From positions 100,155 through 164,154 of the forward strand of contig CAYXCZ010000002.1 in assembly GCA_964463695.1 (NCBI GenBank): DNA of 64,000 bases, given 5' to 3'. The notes beneath the pieces are model-generated. The model ran no database searches and had not been told where the DNA came from. It was given only the letters and a program-made list of their open reading frames with translations. This document shows, in pieces, positions 37,114 through 45,927 of this stretch. This DNA is from an uncultured Lentimicrobiaceae bacterium. GTDB lineage: Bacteria > Bacteroidota > Bacteroidia > Bacteroidales > F082. Position 1 is the stretch's first letter; the number at the start of each line of letters is the position of its first letter. A program made the translations under genes and the position numbers.

Positions 37114-39295
37114 GGGTAGTTTTAGTTTCGTTTTTTATCAGCGTAAAACGCTGAAGCTGATTATTTTCGAAAACCATTTCATAGGTTCTTTTCGCAGTTG
37201 CTTTATCAAAAATAAGGAAATTAATCTCCGATTCGATCAAAATTTTTGAGCTGCTCAGATCATTGATGAATTTTACCTGTTTCATGGAATGCGTGATTTT
37301 TAAAAACATGTAAAAAGGCGCAATGAAATCCTGAATAGTGAGAAGTGCCTTGTTTGGAAAAAGCGCGGTTGTAATCTTTTCTTTCATAACAAGTCCCGAA
37401 CTGAAACCGGTGACAAGCTGATACGCTCCCAGATAAAAATCATAAAGCCACGAATCGCGGTTGCCTTCAAAATGGGTGAAATAAAAAATGTCGGGCTGCC
37501 TGATAAACCATGCTTTTGCTTTGGTTTCTTCGCATATCAGGTAACTGTTGTTGTAAATATCCGTCTCGGTTTTCCAGATGATTTCTTTAGCTTCCCCCGC
37601 ATTCTCCCGCTTGAACCGGATCAGCTGACCGGGTACAAAGTGCAGTGACAAATCCAGTAGATCAATCACCTGATTATTAGAAACAATATCACCTGTTTGG
37701 GGTTGTGAGGCCGCACAAAATTCACTTGACTCGCTGTGCTTTAAGAAGGCTGCAAAGGGGTAATTTAGTGTTGCAGCACCAATATCACCTGCTGTCTGAA
37801 ATTGGAAATGGAGATGTGGGTAAGGCGATCTTCCGGAGTTTCCGCAGCGGCCAATTTGCTCGCCTTTTCGAACATATTGTCCTTTTTTTACAAGAATGCT
37901 GCCTTTTTGCAAATGACTCATTTGTGAAAAAAACGCCTCCGCATGATGAATAACAACACTGTTGCCCCAATTATTGCTAAGGTTAGCGTCGCCAATAATA
38001 TTATCCTCAACTCCAGTTTCAACATCTGTGATATATCCATCGGCTGAAGCAATCACAGGTTTTCCGTAGCAATAATAGTCTTCCAGGCGCAGGCCTTTGT
38101 CCTTATAAGTTTTTCCTTCTTCATCGGTCATCTCAAAATCCCAAGCATATTTCCAAACATCTTTATGAGTATGTATTCCATCGATGCCCTGAGTAATAGT
38201 CCACCGGCCAAAAAACGGAAGTTTAACATGTATTTTTCCAAGATGCGACAAACGGTTTTTGTTGACCATGTAACTATATAAATTTCGCTCCGGGCTATGC
38301 TGTTGTATAAATACGAGTGTCGGCTTGTCTTGAAAGCGCTCTCTCATTATGAACACATAGAGTAACAAAATAACGACCAAATTGAATGGAAGTGAATAAA
38401 CCGAAAGCTGAAATGTGCCAAGCAAATAACCTCCGCTACTTATCAAAAATGCCAGAACCGGCACAGCAACAAATACCCAGAGGAGCGATGTAAATGAAGG
38501 AATAACAAAAAATACACCTATTGCGATGGATGTTAAGATGAAATTGAATCCGATAAAACTGTAGTTGAGTTCAGAGATGCTTGCACCTGTAAACTGATAA
38601 AAATACCAGGCAGCCACAAATCCGGCAACTGAATAAAGAAATGCCAGCCTCGACCAGAATAGCAACCCGGCTGCAATAACAATACCAGCAAACATGTGAT
38701 ACTGAAAGAAAATTGCACCTAATGACCTGAAATACATTTTAATAGCTTCAGGCCATTGAAGCAGCTCAAACCAATCATAAATTTTTACAAGTGGCAAACC
38801 TCCAAGCAGGTACATCTCATTAAGAACGTAAATACCACGCTGACTGATCTCCAGATGAGTGAACTCTCTTGTGCTTAAAGTTACGATCCAAAGCGAAAGC
38901 AAAAAAGGAAGACTGAGATAAGGCAAACCATATTTGTAAAACATTCCCTCGAGCATAACGGTGACCATAAGGCTTAGCAGTGCAGTAAAAACAAGGACAA
39001 CTAAAAACGCCAGATTGAATTGATAATACAAACCTAAGCCAAGTCCTGCCAGCAAAGCATTGAAACCATACAAACCGTCAATAACTTTCTGACGGTTCAG
39101 GCCCATGAGATAGGCGATAACATTGGCGCTGAGCACCGCAACCAATCCGCTAAAACCAGCATTAAGATCGAAAAGACTTACCAAAATCAATATGACCCCA
39201 AGAACCTTGTTCTTTGAGAAAAAAACCTGGGTATAGCTGTTGCTGATACTTTGCCAGAAATAAGGAAAAACTGTTTGCAGCCTCAGGGCTATCAT
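37100..39295 (-). CDS. Fusion protein: urea-transporter-like (UT family) polytopic membrane domain, M23 metallopeptidase domain, and an uncharacterised C-terminal domain
   Basis: The first ~330 aa are polytopic with a UT-like start (VFFSKNKVLGVILILVSLFD...). The M23 motifs are intact: HxxxD (HTHKD) and HxH (PHLHFQF, in GNSGRSPYPHLHF). About 210 further residues match nothing I recognise. Confidence 0.75.
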   Translation of the reverse strand: MIALRLQTVFPYFWQSISNSYTQVFFSKNKVLGVILILVSLFDLNAGFSGLVAVLSANVIAYLMGLNRQKVIDGLYGFNALLAGLGLGLYYQFNLAFLVVLVFTALLSLMVTVMLEGMFYKYGLPYLSLPFLLSLWIVTLSTREFTHLEISQRGIYVLNEMYLLGGLPLVKIYDWFELLQWPEAIKMYFRSLGAIFFQYHMFAGIVIAAGLLFWSRLAFLYSVAGFVAAWYFYQFTGASISELNYSFIGFNFILTSIAIGVFFVIPSFTSLLWVFVAVPVLAFLISSGGYLLGTFQLSVYSLPFNLVVILLLYVFIMRERFQDKPTLVFIQQHSPERNLYSYMVNKNRLSHLGKIHVKLPFFGRWTITQGIDGIHTHKDVWKYAWDFEMTDEEGKTYKDKGLRLEDYYCYGKPVIASADGYITDVETGVEDNIIGDANLSNNWGNSVVIHHAEAFFSQMSHLQKGSILVKKGQYVRKGEQIGRCGNSGRSPYPHLHFQFQTAGDIGAATLNYPFAAFLKHSESSEFCAASQPQTGDIVSNNQVIDLLDLSLHFVPGQLIRFKRENAGEAKEIIWKTETDIYNNSYLICEETKAKAWFIRQPDIFYFTHFEGNRDSWLYDFYLGAYQLVTGFSSGLVMKEKITTALFPNKALLTIQDFIAPFYMFLKITHSMKQVKFINDLSSSKILIESEINFLIFDKATAKRTYEMVFENNQLQRFTLIKNETKTTLVRV

Positions 39296-40653
39296 AAATC
39301 AAAATGCACTAAATGAGCCGGTACCGCCTCCATTCCGGTGATGGTATCCATGGTTTCGTTGTTTCTGATTACATGAACTTTTTCCTGCTCATCAATCAAT
39401 ACAACTTTAGGGCGCAAGGTAATAAATTGCATCCATTGTGTCATATTGTATGCTCCAACATGATGGATCACTACTTGATCATCTTTGTTTAAAAGAGGCA
39501 TGTTGATACTTTCGCGCACTACATCGATATTCATACATAAAGGCCCGTAGAGTGCGGTATCTTCGGTATATGAGGTAAATGATTGTGCCGGAGTGATTTT
39601 GTGATCATACCAAAAAGCAGTGAAAAGAATATTCACACCAACATCAAGAATCGTTGAACGCCGGCCATCAGACAGCCGTTTGTTGGCTAAAACAGTTCCA
39701 AGTAACCATGCAGCATCATCAATAAGGGCACGTCCCGACTCAATGATTAGCAGTGGAGGGTTTTTTGGACGGTAATCACTGTTCATTAGCGCTGAGGTAA
39801 TGGCTTCAGCGAAATCATCAATTGATGGACTTATGTCAGTTCCAGGTAAATACGAACCTTTCAGGGTGTTTTTCGAAGCAAAACCACCGCCCATATCAAT
39901 ATATTTGATCTCATGGTTGTATTTTGTAAGTACACTTTGAGCCAGATGTGCGAGCTTGGATGCCGCGACAGCGTAGGCCGATGGCGAAAGCATAAATGTG
40001 CCAATATGTGTATGTAATCCAACAAGATCCATCAAGCCTGAAAACAGTATTTTATTTAAAGCATCCCATGCCTGTCCGTTTTCATAGTTGAAACCAAAAC
40101 GATCCCACATTGGATGAACACCTGTGTCCATGTTGACTCTGATAGCTACTTTTGGCCGTTGTCCGCTGTTTCTGGCAATATCCTGAAGCAAATACAACTC
40201 ATCTAAATGATCAATATGTATCAGCGAATTGTTTGTAACAGCTTTTCTAAGGTCAGATTCCGATTTATCAGGACCATTGAAAATAATCTTGCTTCCCTCC
40301 ACACCGTTTCGGATGGCTTTATCGTATTCAAAACCAGAAACTACTTCAGCCCATGAACCTTCCTGATGGAAAATATTGCAGACAGCATCGAGGTAATTTG
40401 TTTTGTAGCTCCATGCAAACTGAACCCGTGGGTAGCGTGTTTCGAATGCCTGTCGGGCATTGCGGTAGTTTTTCCGGATTTTCTTTTCTGAGATTACAAA
40501 CAAAGGTGAGCCATATGATTTTATCAAATCCTTTACTGCATTACCTTCAATGTGTGTTACCGGTTCGTAAATGGTGCGCATGCCAAATTTGTTTGGCATA
40601 TTGCTTTCGAGTCTTTTAATAATCGGCCGCTCGTATGTTTTTCGTGTTGCCAT
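39292..40653 (-). CDS. PLP-dependent decarboxylase, Orn/DAP/Arg decarboxylase (alanine-racemase fold, group IV) family
   Basis: The PLP-lysine motif is SYKTNY, the phosphate-binding loop is DMGGGF, and the C-terminal catalytic-Cys motif is YGPLCMNIDV. Its stop overlaps the downstream start by 4 nt. Confidence 0.9.
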   Translation of the reverse strand: MATRKTYERPIIKRLESNMPNKFGMRTIYEPVTHIEGNAVKDLIKSYGSPLFVISEKKIRKNYRNARQAFETRYPRVQFAWSYKTNYLDAVCNIFHQEGSWAEVVSGFEYDKAIRNGVEGSKIIFNGPDKSESDLRKAVTNNSLIHIDHLDELYLLQDIARNSGQRPKVAIRVNMDTGVHPMWDRFGFNYENGQAWDALNKILFSGLMDLVGLHTHIGTFMLSPSAYAVAASKLAHLAQSVLTKYNHEIKYIDMGGGFASKNTLKGSYLPGTDISPSIDDFAEAITSALMNSDYRPKNPPLLIIESGRALIDDAAWLLGTVLANKRLSDGRRSTILDVGVNILFTAFWYDHKITPAQSFTSYTEDTALYGPLCMNIDVVRESINMPLLNKDDQVVIHHVGAYNMTQWMQFITLRPKVVLIDEQEKVHVIRNNETMDTITGMEAVPAHLVHFDL

Positions 40654-40729
40654 GTTGTATTTTCTAAATGTGTTTCTGTCAATAATAAATTATAATTACA
40701 CTAAGAGAATAACAATCCCGGATAGGGGT

Positions 40730-41776
40730 TTATAATTCTCCGGTTGTCGAAATTTGTTCAAACTCATGTAGATCCACAATCATATCCCATGCATAGCGGA
40801 TAAACATTTTTCCAATTTCGTAACTTTTATAAGGCTCTGTTGGCCAACCCATTGCTAATCTTGTCAAGGCCTCAGGTATGTTTTGACCAACACCTACTGC
40901 AAGGTAAATCCAGGCAGGCATACGCGGATTGATTTCGAGCAGGTAGTACTCTCCGCTTTTATCTTTCATAAGCTCCAGCTCAAAACCACCGCGCCATTTT
41001 GTCGAACGCAAAAAACGATCGGTGAGAGCCAATGCCTCTTTGTCCGAAATTGAAATACCTCCCCAGGCCTTTCCTTTATCGGTTATATATTGCTTGCGCA
41101 TTGCAACAGCCGCGATCGTATTTCCTTCTCCGTCGCCTAAGCCGGTTACGTTGTATTCTGTACCATGCACAAATTCCTGAATAATAATAGGGAGTCCCCA
41201 CTTGGCTGAAATCTTATTGAAAGCAGATTTCGTTTGATCAAAATTGTATGCTAAAGTGGCATCATAGTACTTGCCTTTAACAACAAGCGGCCATTCATAC
41301 TCTTTTTCAAGCGACTGGGATTCATTCACATTGTAAATAGCTTTACTGCGAGGCACGTGAATTGAATATTTTTCACCGAACTCATTCAGGTTTACTTTAT
41401 GACGTTCTTCAAACTGATCCATTGTTGGCAAAAAAGTATGGATACCCATAGATTTTAGCTTTTGTTCCAGTTTGATAAATGAATAAAGCTCTGCATCAAA
41501 GTTTGGGATTATAACATCCAAATGCTCCAGTTCATGAATGTATTCCAATCTGCTGAGCAAAACTTCAGTACCAGTGGAAGGGTAGGGTATTTGATAGGTT
41601 TTATCAACAATATCGTGCATGTATATGCCAGGTTCGAGCGATTCATAAGAAAGGCCGATGATACGGCAATCAAATGAAGCTGCTTCGCGCAGTCCACGAA
41701 TAACTGCAACTCCCGGCCCCGGACTGTCGATGGCGTTCAGTCCTGTGACACCGATGGTTAAGATTGGCTTATTCAT
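40730..41776 (-). CDS. ATP-grasp ligase (substrate unknown)
   Basis: It has a pre-ATP-grasp N-terminal domain, a central ATP-binding region (PLVVKGKYY...IIQEFVHGTEYNV), and the Mg/ATP motif LLEINPRMPAW. Confidence 0.85.
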   Translation of the reverse strand: MNKPILTIGVTGLNAIDSPGPGVAVIRGLREAASFDCRIIGLSYESLEPGIYMHDIVDKTYQIPYPSTGTEVLLSRLEYIHELEHLDVIIPNFDAELYSFIKLEQKLKSMGIHTFLPTMDQFEERHKVNLNEFGEKYSIHVPRSKAIYNVNESQSLEKEYEWPLVVKGKYYDATLAYNFDQTKSAFNKISAKWGLPIIIQEFVHGTEYNVTGLGDGEGNTIAAVAMRKQYITDKGKAWGGISISDKEALALTDRFLRSTKWRGGFELELMKDKSGEYYLLEINPRMPAWIYLAVGVGQNIPEALTRLAMGWPTEPYKSYEIGKMFIRYAWDMIVDLHEFEQISTTGEL

Positions 41777-42020
41777 CGTCGTGCTGCATCAGGCGGTATT
41801 GCCTCATCATCTCTAGAAAATCATGCAGGTCGCGCTCAATTGTTGCAGTTTCAGCAACATATTGTTCTTGTATCGAAGCAATGATTTGCTGATGTGTGTG
41901 GCCTTTTCGTAATAGATTTAGCATCTCGAGCCCGACCGGATTAACGGTATACGACTCCCCCGACCCCGGGTTGAACACAAAGCCGTTGTCGCTTACTGCA
42001 ATATTACTTTTTACTTTCAT
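41769..42020 (-). CDS. PqqD-family small protein (RRE / peptide-chaperone-like)
   Basis: It is 83 aa long with a pattern typical of PqqD-like winged-helix proteins (FVFNPGSGESYTVNPVGLEMLNLLRKGHT...I...L...Y). Its stop overlaps the ATP-grasp start by 8 nt. Confidence 0.65.
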   Translation of the reverse strand: MKVKSNIAVSDNGFVFNPGSGESYTVNPVGLEMLNLLRKGHTHQQIIASIQEQYVAETATIERDLHDFLEMMRQYRLMQHDDE

Positions 42021-42092
42021 GTGTTTTGGTGCTTATGCGTTTTCAATGTGCAAGATTAGTTTCTTTTTTTTGTTCCCCTTCATGAAATTCAA

Positions 42093-42674
42093 TCAAAGTT
42101 GTGTAAAATTTTCAGCGGAGAGGCTTATATCAGCCACTTGAAGCCGTATCCCAATCCGCTCTTTTTCCGGAAGTACTTTATAATCAGTAACCGAATATCC
42201 AGTTACCTGCTTAAACTGAGTGGAGAGGTATTGAACACTGCTGTAGCCCATCATATAGGCAATCTCACTTAATGTAAGTTCCTCAGATTGAATTAATTCT
42301 TTAACTTTTTCGATTCTTTGAAGGATGATATATTTTTCGAGTGTGATCTTTTCAATTTTTGAGAATATTGTTGAAAGGTGCTGGTAACTTTTATTGAACC
42401 TTGCAACGATAAAGTCCGAGTTGCGAACCATCGCATTATAAGTTGTGTGGTGTACCAGTTCAACGATTACCTTTTTAATTTCTTCAACAAGTACCTCATC
42501 TTTGTCTTCTATAACTTTAAAACCAAGACGTGCAAAAACTTCGTTTATACGGGTAATATTGATCGGACTATCGACAAATGAAAGGGTGACATCGCCCAAA
42601 CGGGCTTTCTTAACCTCAACTCTAATTTGGTTGAGTTCAATTATGAGCAACTTCAAGCAACAATCGCTGATCAT
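42093..42674 (-). CDS. AraC-family transcriptional regulator with a small N-terminal ferredoxin/HMA-like domain
   Basis: It has a C-terminal HTH_18 region (LTLSEIAYMMGYSSVQYLSTQFKQVTGYSVTDYK). I moved the start to the ATG giving MISDCCLKLL..., which matches the usual M-x-x-x-C-C/R-C N-terminus of this Bacteroidota regulator family. The ORF-track GTG start at 42713 is also possible. Confidence 0.8.
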   Translation of the reverse strand: MISDCCLKLLIIELNQIRVEVKKARLGDVTLSFVDSPINITRINEVFARLGFKVIEDKDEVLVEEIKKVIVELVHHTTYNAMVRNSDFIVARFNKSYQHLSTIFSKIEKITLEKYIILQRIEKVKELIQSEELTLSEIAYMMGYSSVQYLSTQFKQVTGYSVTDYKVLPEKERIGIRLQVADISLSAENFTQL

Positions 42675-42735
42675 ATTGCTTAAGAGGTATCGTTGCTGAA
42701 TTTTTTCTTCCACTAGTGTCTGTTGTCAATGATGG

Positions 42736-42743
42736 CAAAAGTA
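42736..42743 (-). promoter_or_regulatory. -7 box (TActTTTG on the minus strand) upstream of the AraC-led operon
   Basis: The plus strand reads caaaagta. It lies 23 nt upstream of the GTG at 42713 and 62 nt upstream of the ATG at 42674. Confidence 0.4.
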
Positions 42744-42814
42744 TATTTTTTAGAGTTCTTAGATTTATAGTATTACATGTAAGATGTTCAATTTTTTAAC
42801 TGCACTTTGTAAAA

Positions 42815-42844
42815 ATAAAAAAAGCATCACCGTAGCAATGCTTT
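42815..42844 (-). terminator. Weak terminator after fabH
   Basis: A 7-bp stem (aaagcat / atgcttt) is followed on the minus strand by a T-run, seen as an A-run on the plus strand. Confidence 0.4.
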
Positions 42845-42863
42845 ACACTATTTTTTGTCGTTT

Positions 42864-43862
42864 TTATTTCGCATCATAAGCCCATTTAAGCCATATTGAG
42901 CCCCAGGTAAAACCACCGCCGAAGGCAGCAAGTACTATGTTATCGCCTTTGCGCAGTTGGTTTTCCCATTCCCAGACACACAAAGGCAGCGTTCCGTTTG
43001 TAGTATTACCAAAACGTTCTATATTAATCATAACCTGCTCCTTTTGGATGCCCATTCGGCGGGCGGTAGCCTCAATGATACGCATATTGGCCTGATGTGG
43101 AACGAGCCAGGCAATTTCTTCTGAACTAAGGTTGTTTTTGTCCATTATCGCTACTGCCACATCTGCCATATTCGTGACAGCAAATTTAAAGACAGGCTGA
43201 CCTTCCTGGTAAATGTAATGTTCTCTCGCATCAATTGTAGCATGAGTTGGTGGTTTTGCAGAACCTCCGGCTTTTTGGTGCAGGTGAATCATTCCAGATC
43301 CATCTGTATGCATCATTGAGTCCATTATACCAACATCTTCTGTTGTGGGCTCAAGTAAGAATGCGCCGCCGCCATCACCAAATATTACGCATGTTGCACG
43401 ATCGGTATAATCGACAATGGACGACATCTTGTCAGCCCCAACTACAATAACTTTTTTGTGTGTACCACTTTCAATGAATTTTGATGCTGTTACAAGGGCA
43501 TATAAGAAACCTGAACAGGCTGCATTCATATCAAAACTGAAAGCGTTTTTTATTCCACAGTTATGACTAATAATATTGGCAGTAGCTGGAAACTGCATAT
43601 CGGGGGTCACAGTAGCACAAATGAGCAAATCAACCTCATCAGGTGAAGTGCCTGTTTTCTCGAGCAGTCCTTTCACTGCATTGGTGCCAATTACTGAAGT
43701 GCCTTGTCCTTCGCCTTTTAAAATATGTCGCTCTTTGATTCCGGTTCGTGTCATGATCCACTCATCAGTGGTATCTACCATTTTTTCCAATTCTGCATTG
43801 GTTAATAAATCTTCCGGAACCCAACCATTAATACCTGTTATAGCGGCTCTGATTTTGCTCAT
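42864..43862 (-). CDS. fabH: Beta-ketoacyl-ACP synthase III
   Basis: It has the catalytic Cys motif NAACSGF plus the HQAN and GNT motifs. It follows the conserved order rpmF-plsX-fabH. Confidence 0.95.
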   Translation of the reverse strand: MSKIRAAITGINGWVPEDLLTNAELEKMVDTTDEWIMTRTGIKERHILKGEGQGTSVIGTNAVKGLLEKTGTSPDEVDLLICATVTPDMQFPATANIISHNCGIKNAFSFDMNAACSGFLYALVTASKFIESGTHKKVIVVGADKMSSIVDYTDRATCVIFGDGGGAFLLEPTTEDVGIMDSMMHTDGSGMIHLHQKAGGSAKPPTHATIDAREHYIYQEGQPVFKFAVTNMADVAVAIMDKNNLSSEEIAWLVPHQANMRIIEATARRMGIQKEQVMINIERFGNTTNGTLPLCVWEWENQLRKGDNIVLAAFGGGFTWGSIWLKWAYDAK

Positions 43863-43891
43863 ACCAATTAATACGTTTAAAAGTTCATGAG

Positions 43892-44845
43892 CTATAAGGG
43901 GAAATCCTGAACAGCGTCATTAATTTTTTGATTTAATTTTGAAACGGCAACATTTTTAGCAAGTAATACCATGTTCTTGATTGCAAGCGCACTGCTGATT
44001 CCATGGCCAAGTACAACATTCCCGTTGATTCCGATAATCGGACTGCCGCCTTGCAACTCATAATTGAAGCGGCTAAAATAATCATCAACCAGACCCCGCT
44101 TTTCCATGATACGATACATAGCCTGAATCTGTTTGATGACAATATTTCCTGTAAAACCATCACAAACCACCACATCGGCTTTGTCGTTAAAAAGATCTCT
44201 CCCTTCAACATTTCCTATGAAGTTGTAATTGGTTGCTTCTTTCATTAGGGGATAGGTTGACTGTACCAGCAGATTCCCCTTTTTTTCTTCTTCACCAATA
44301 CTCAAAAGACCAACTTTTGGAGTCTCTATGTTCAAAACAGCCGATGCAAAAACTGACCCAAGTAGTCCATACTGATATAATACGTCATGTTTGGCATCGG
44401 GGTTGGTCCCCACATCGAGCAGAATGCTGTAGCCGCCGCTTATCTTTGGTATCATCACTACACTGGCAGGCCGGATGACTCCCGGGATCGTGTTGATAAC
44501 ATGCACAGCCCCTACCATCATAGCACCGCTGTTGCCAGCACTGGCAAACGCATCAATTTTACGTTTCTTCAGGTACTCAAAACCCTTGACGACACTGGAT
44601 TCGCTCTTGCTTTGAAAAGCTTTAATAGGTTTTTCACCCATTCCAATTACTTCGGGGGCATGAACAACCTCTGTTTTTGAAATCAAAAATGGGTTAGCAT
44701 CCAAAAATGAATGTATGACTTCCTGATCTCCAAAAAGGACAATTGTTTCATCCTCATGAAGTTCAGGAAAAAGCAGCAGAAGACCTTCTAATGTTACAGT
44801 TGGAGCAAAATCTCCACCAGAGACATCGAGTCCTATCCGCGTCAT
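43892..44845 (-). CDS. plsX: Phosphate acyltransferase
   Basis: It resembles PlsX across its full length ([11 protein letters not shown]..., GNSGAMM, DGFTGN) and sits in conserved synteny. Confidence 0.95.
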   Translation of the reverse strand: MTRIGLDVSGGDFAPTVTLEGLLLLFPELHEDETIVLFGDQEVIHSFLDANPFLISKTEVVHAPEVIGMGEKPIKAFQSKSESSVVKGFEYLKKRKIDAFASAGNSGAMMVGAVHVINTIPGVIRPASVVMIPKISGGYSILLDVGTNPDAKHDVLYQYGLLGSVFASAVLNIETPKVGLLSIGEEEKKGNLLVQSTYPLMKEATNYNFIGNVEGRDLFNDKADVVVCDGFTGNIVIKQIQAMYRIMEKRGLVDDYFSRFNYELQGGSPIIGINGNVVLGHGISSALAIKNMVLLAKNVAVSKLNQKINDAVQDFPL

Positions 44846-44885
44846 AGTACCTGGGTTGTATTACAGCGCATTGGCGGCCTTGTTA

Positions 44886-45074
44886 TCAGGCTTTTGCACC
44901 TTCCATAACAAGCTGACCTTTGTAGTAAAGGTCGCCGTCAACATAATATGCTCTGTGATACAAATGAACAGCGCCTGTTACAGGACATTTTGCTACTGTA
45001 GGCATTTCTGCTTTGTCGTGTGTTCTTCTTTTATCTCTTCTGGTTGTAGAATGTCTTCGTTTGGGATGTGGCAT
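44886..45074 (-). CDS. rpmF: 50S ribosomal protein L32
   Basis: It starts MPHPKRRHSTTRRDKRRTHDK and is 62 aa long. Confidence 0.95.
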   Translation of the reverse strand: MPHPKRRHSTTRRDKRRTHDKAEMPTVAKCPVTGAVHLYHRAYYVDGDLYYKGQLVMEGAKA

Positions 45075-45106
45075 TTTTGTACTATTTAAAGTTTATATTC
45101 AATTTT

Positions 45107-45628
45107 TTATGATAAATTGTTCAATTTCTTGAGAGCTTCCCATCTGGGATCAATCACTTTTTCAGTTTGCATTTGTTCCAGACGATGCAGCACTTCGGGG
45201 TTGCAACCTGAATTGCCTTCTTCATCTTCCAAATGAACTCTGCGATATGGGAGCATCAAAATGATGTACTCATACAACAGATGACGGATATCAAACTCAT
45301 GAAGATCAGGTGGAATAACAATAATTTCATCTGACTCTTCTTCATAAGATTCGCCATATTTTAAAATAAGCTGCTGATCTCCGGTTATTTCCTGCTGGTA
45401 TAAATCAGCACAACGGTCGCAAGGCAACTCAATCCAACCTTCAGCTTTGAAGTGAAGCTCTATCATGTTCTCATGCTTGTTCAGCACCAAAACCACATTT
45501 ACCTTAGCTTCAGTAACCTCCTCGTCTTCATTCAACACAAAGAAAGGATGCTCCAAATCAAAGGTATAAACTGTCTCACCCAGTGGCAAACCGGCCAAAG
45601 GCAACATGAATTCACGTGCGTATTTCAC
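45107..45628 (-). CDS. yceD: YceD/DUF177 family protein
   Basis: It sits in the conserved position upstream of rpmF and has a Cys pair (LPCDRC). Confidence 0.85.
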   Translation of the reverse strand: MKYAREFMLPLAGLPLGETVYTFDLEHPFFVLNEDEEVTEAKVNVVLVLNKHENMIELHFKAEGWIELPCDRCADLYQQEITGDQQLILKYGESYEEESDEIIVIPPDLHEFDIRHLLYEYIILMLPYRRVHLEDEEGNSGCNPEVLHRLEQMQTEKVIDPRWEALKKLNNLS

Positions 45629-45654
45629 TTCAATCCACTTTTAAAATCGGGCGG

Positions 45655-45662
45655 CAAAGATA
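45655..45662 (-). promoter_or_regulatory. -7 box (TAtcTTTG on the minus strand) upstream of yceD-rpmF-plsX-fabH
   Basis: The plus strand reads caaagata. It lies 27 nt upstream of the ATG at 45628. Confidence 0.45.
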
Positions 45663-45885
45663 GAAATTTATCTGAAGTTAAACAAATTATTGTTAAAGGT
45701 TATGAATTAGACCTTTACCTATCCTTTTTATAGCGATTAACTCTTGCACAAAATGATGATTTATCTCCAAATGATCCTTTTTCTGGTGCAAAAGTAATGT
45801 TTTCAGCCTCTTCTCATATCTGCTGTTATTCCAATGAATCAGGATTTGCTACACTAATTATTAATCTATTAATACCTAATTTTAC

Positions 45886-45893
45886 TACCTTTG
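45886..45893 (+). promoter_or_regulatory. -7 box (TAccTTTG) upstream of ileS
   Basis: tacctttg lies 35 nt upstream of the ATG at 45928. Confidence 0.45.
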
Positions 45894-45927
45894 CACCCAA
45901 TTTTTTCTTTAGGCTATATTACAGATA

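Noticed and set aside
40654-40729. Search for a RiPP precursor ORF in the gaps of the ATP-grasp operon (also 42021-42092)
   Set aside because: Neither gap has an ATG-initiated ORF on the coding strand. I therefore make no precursor claim. Peptides with alternative starts or encoded at remote sites remain possible.
45629-45927. 299-bp region upstream of ileS, examined for a T-box leader
   Set aside because: I recognised no T-box consensus or specifier-loop/terminator-antiterminator arrangement. The region contains two oppositely oriented promoter boxes (for yceD and ileS), and these explain it.
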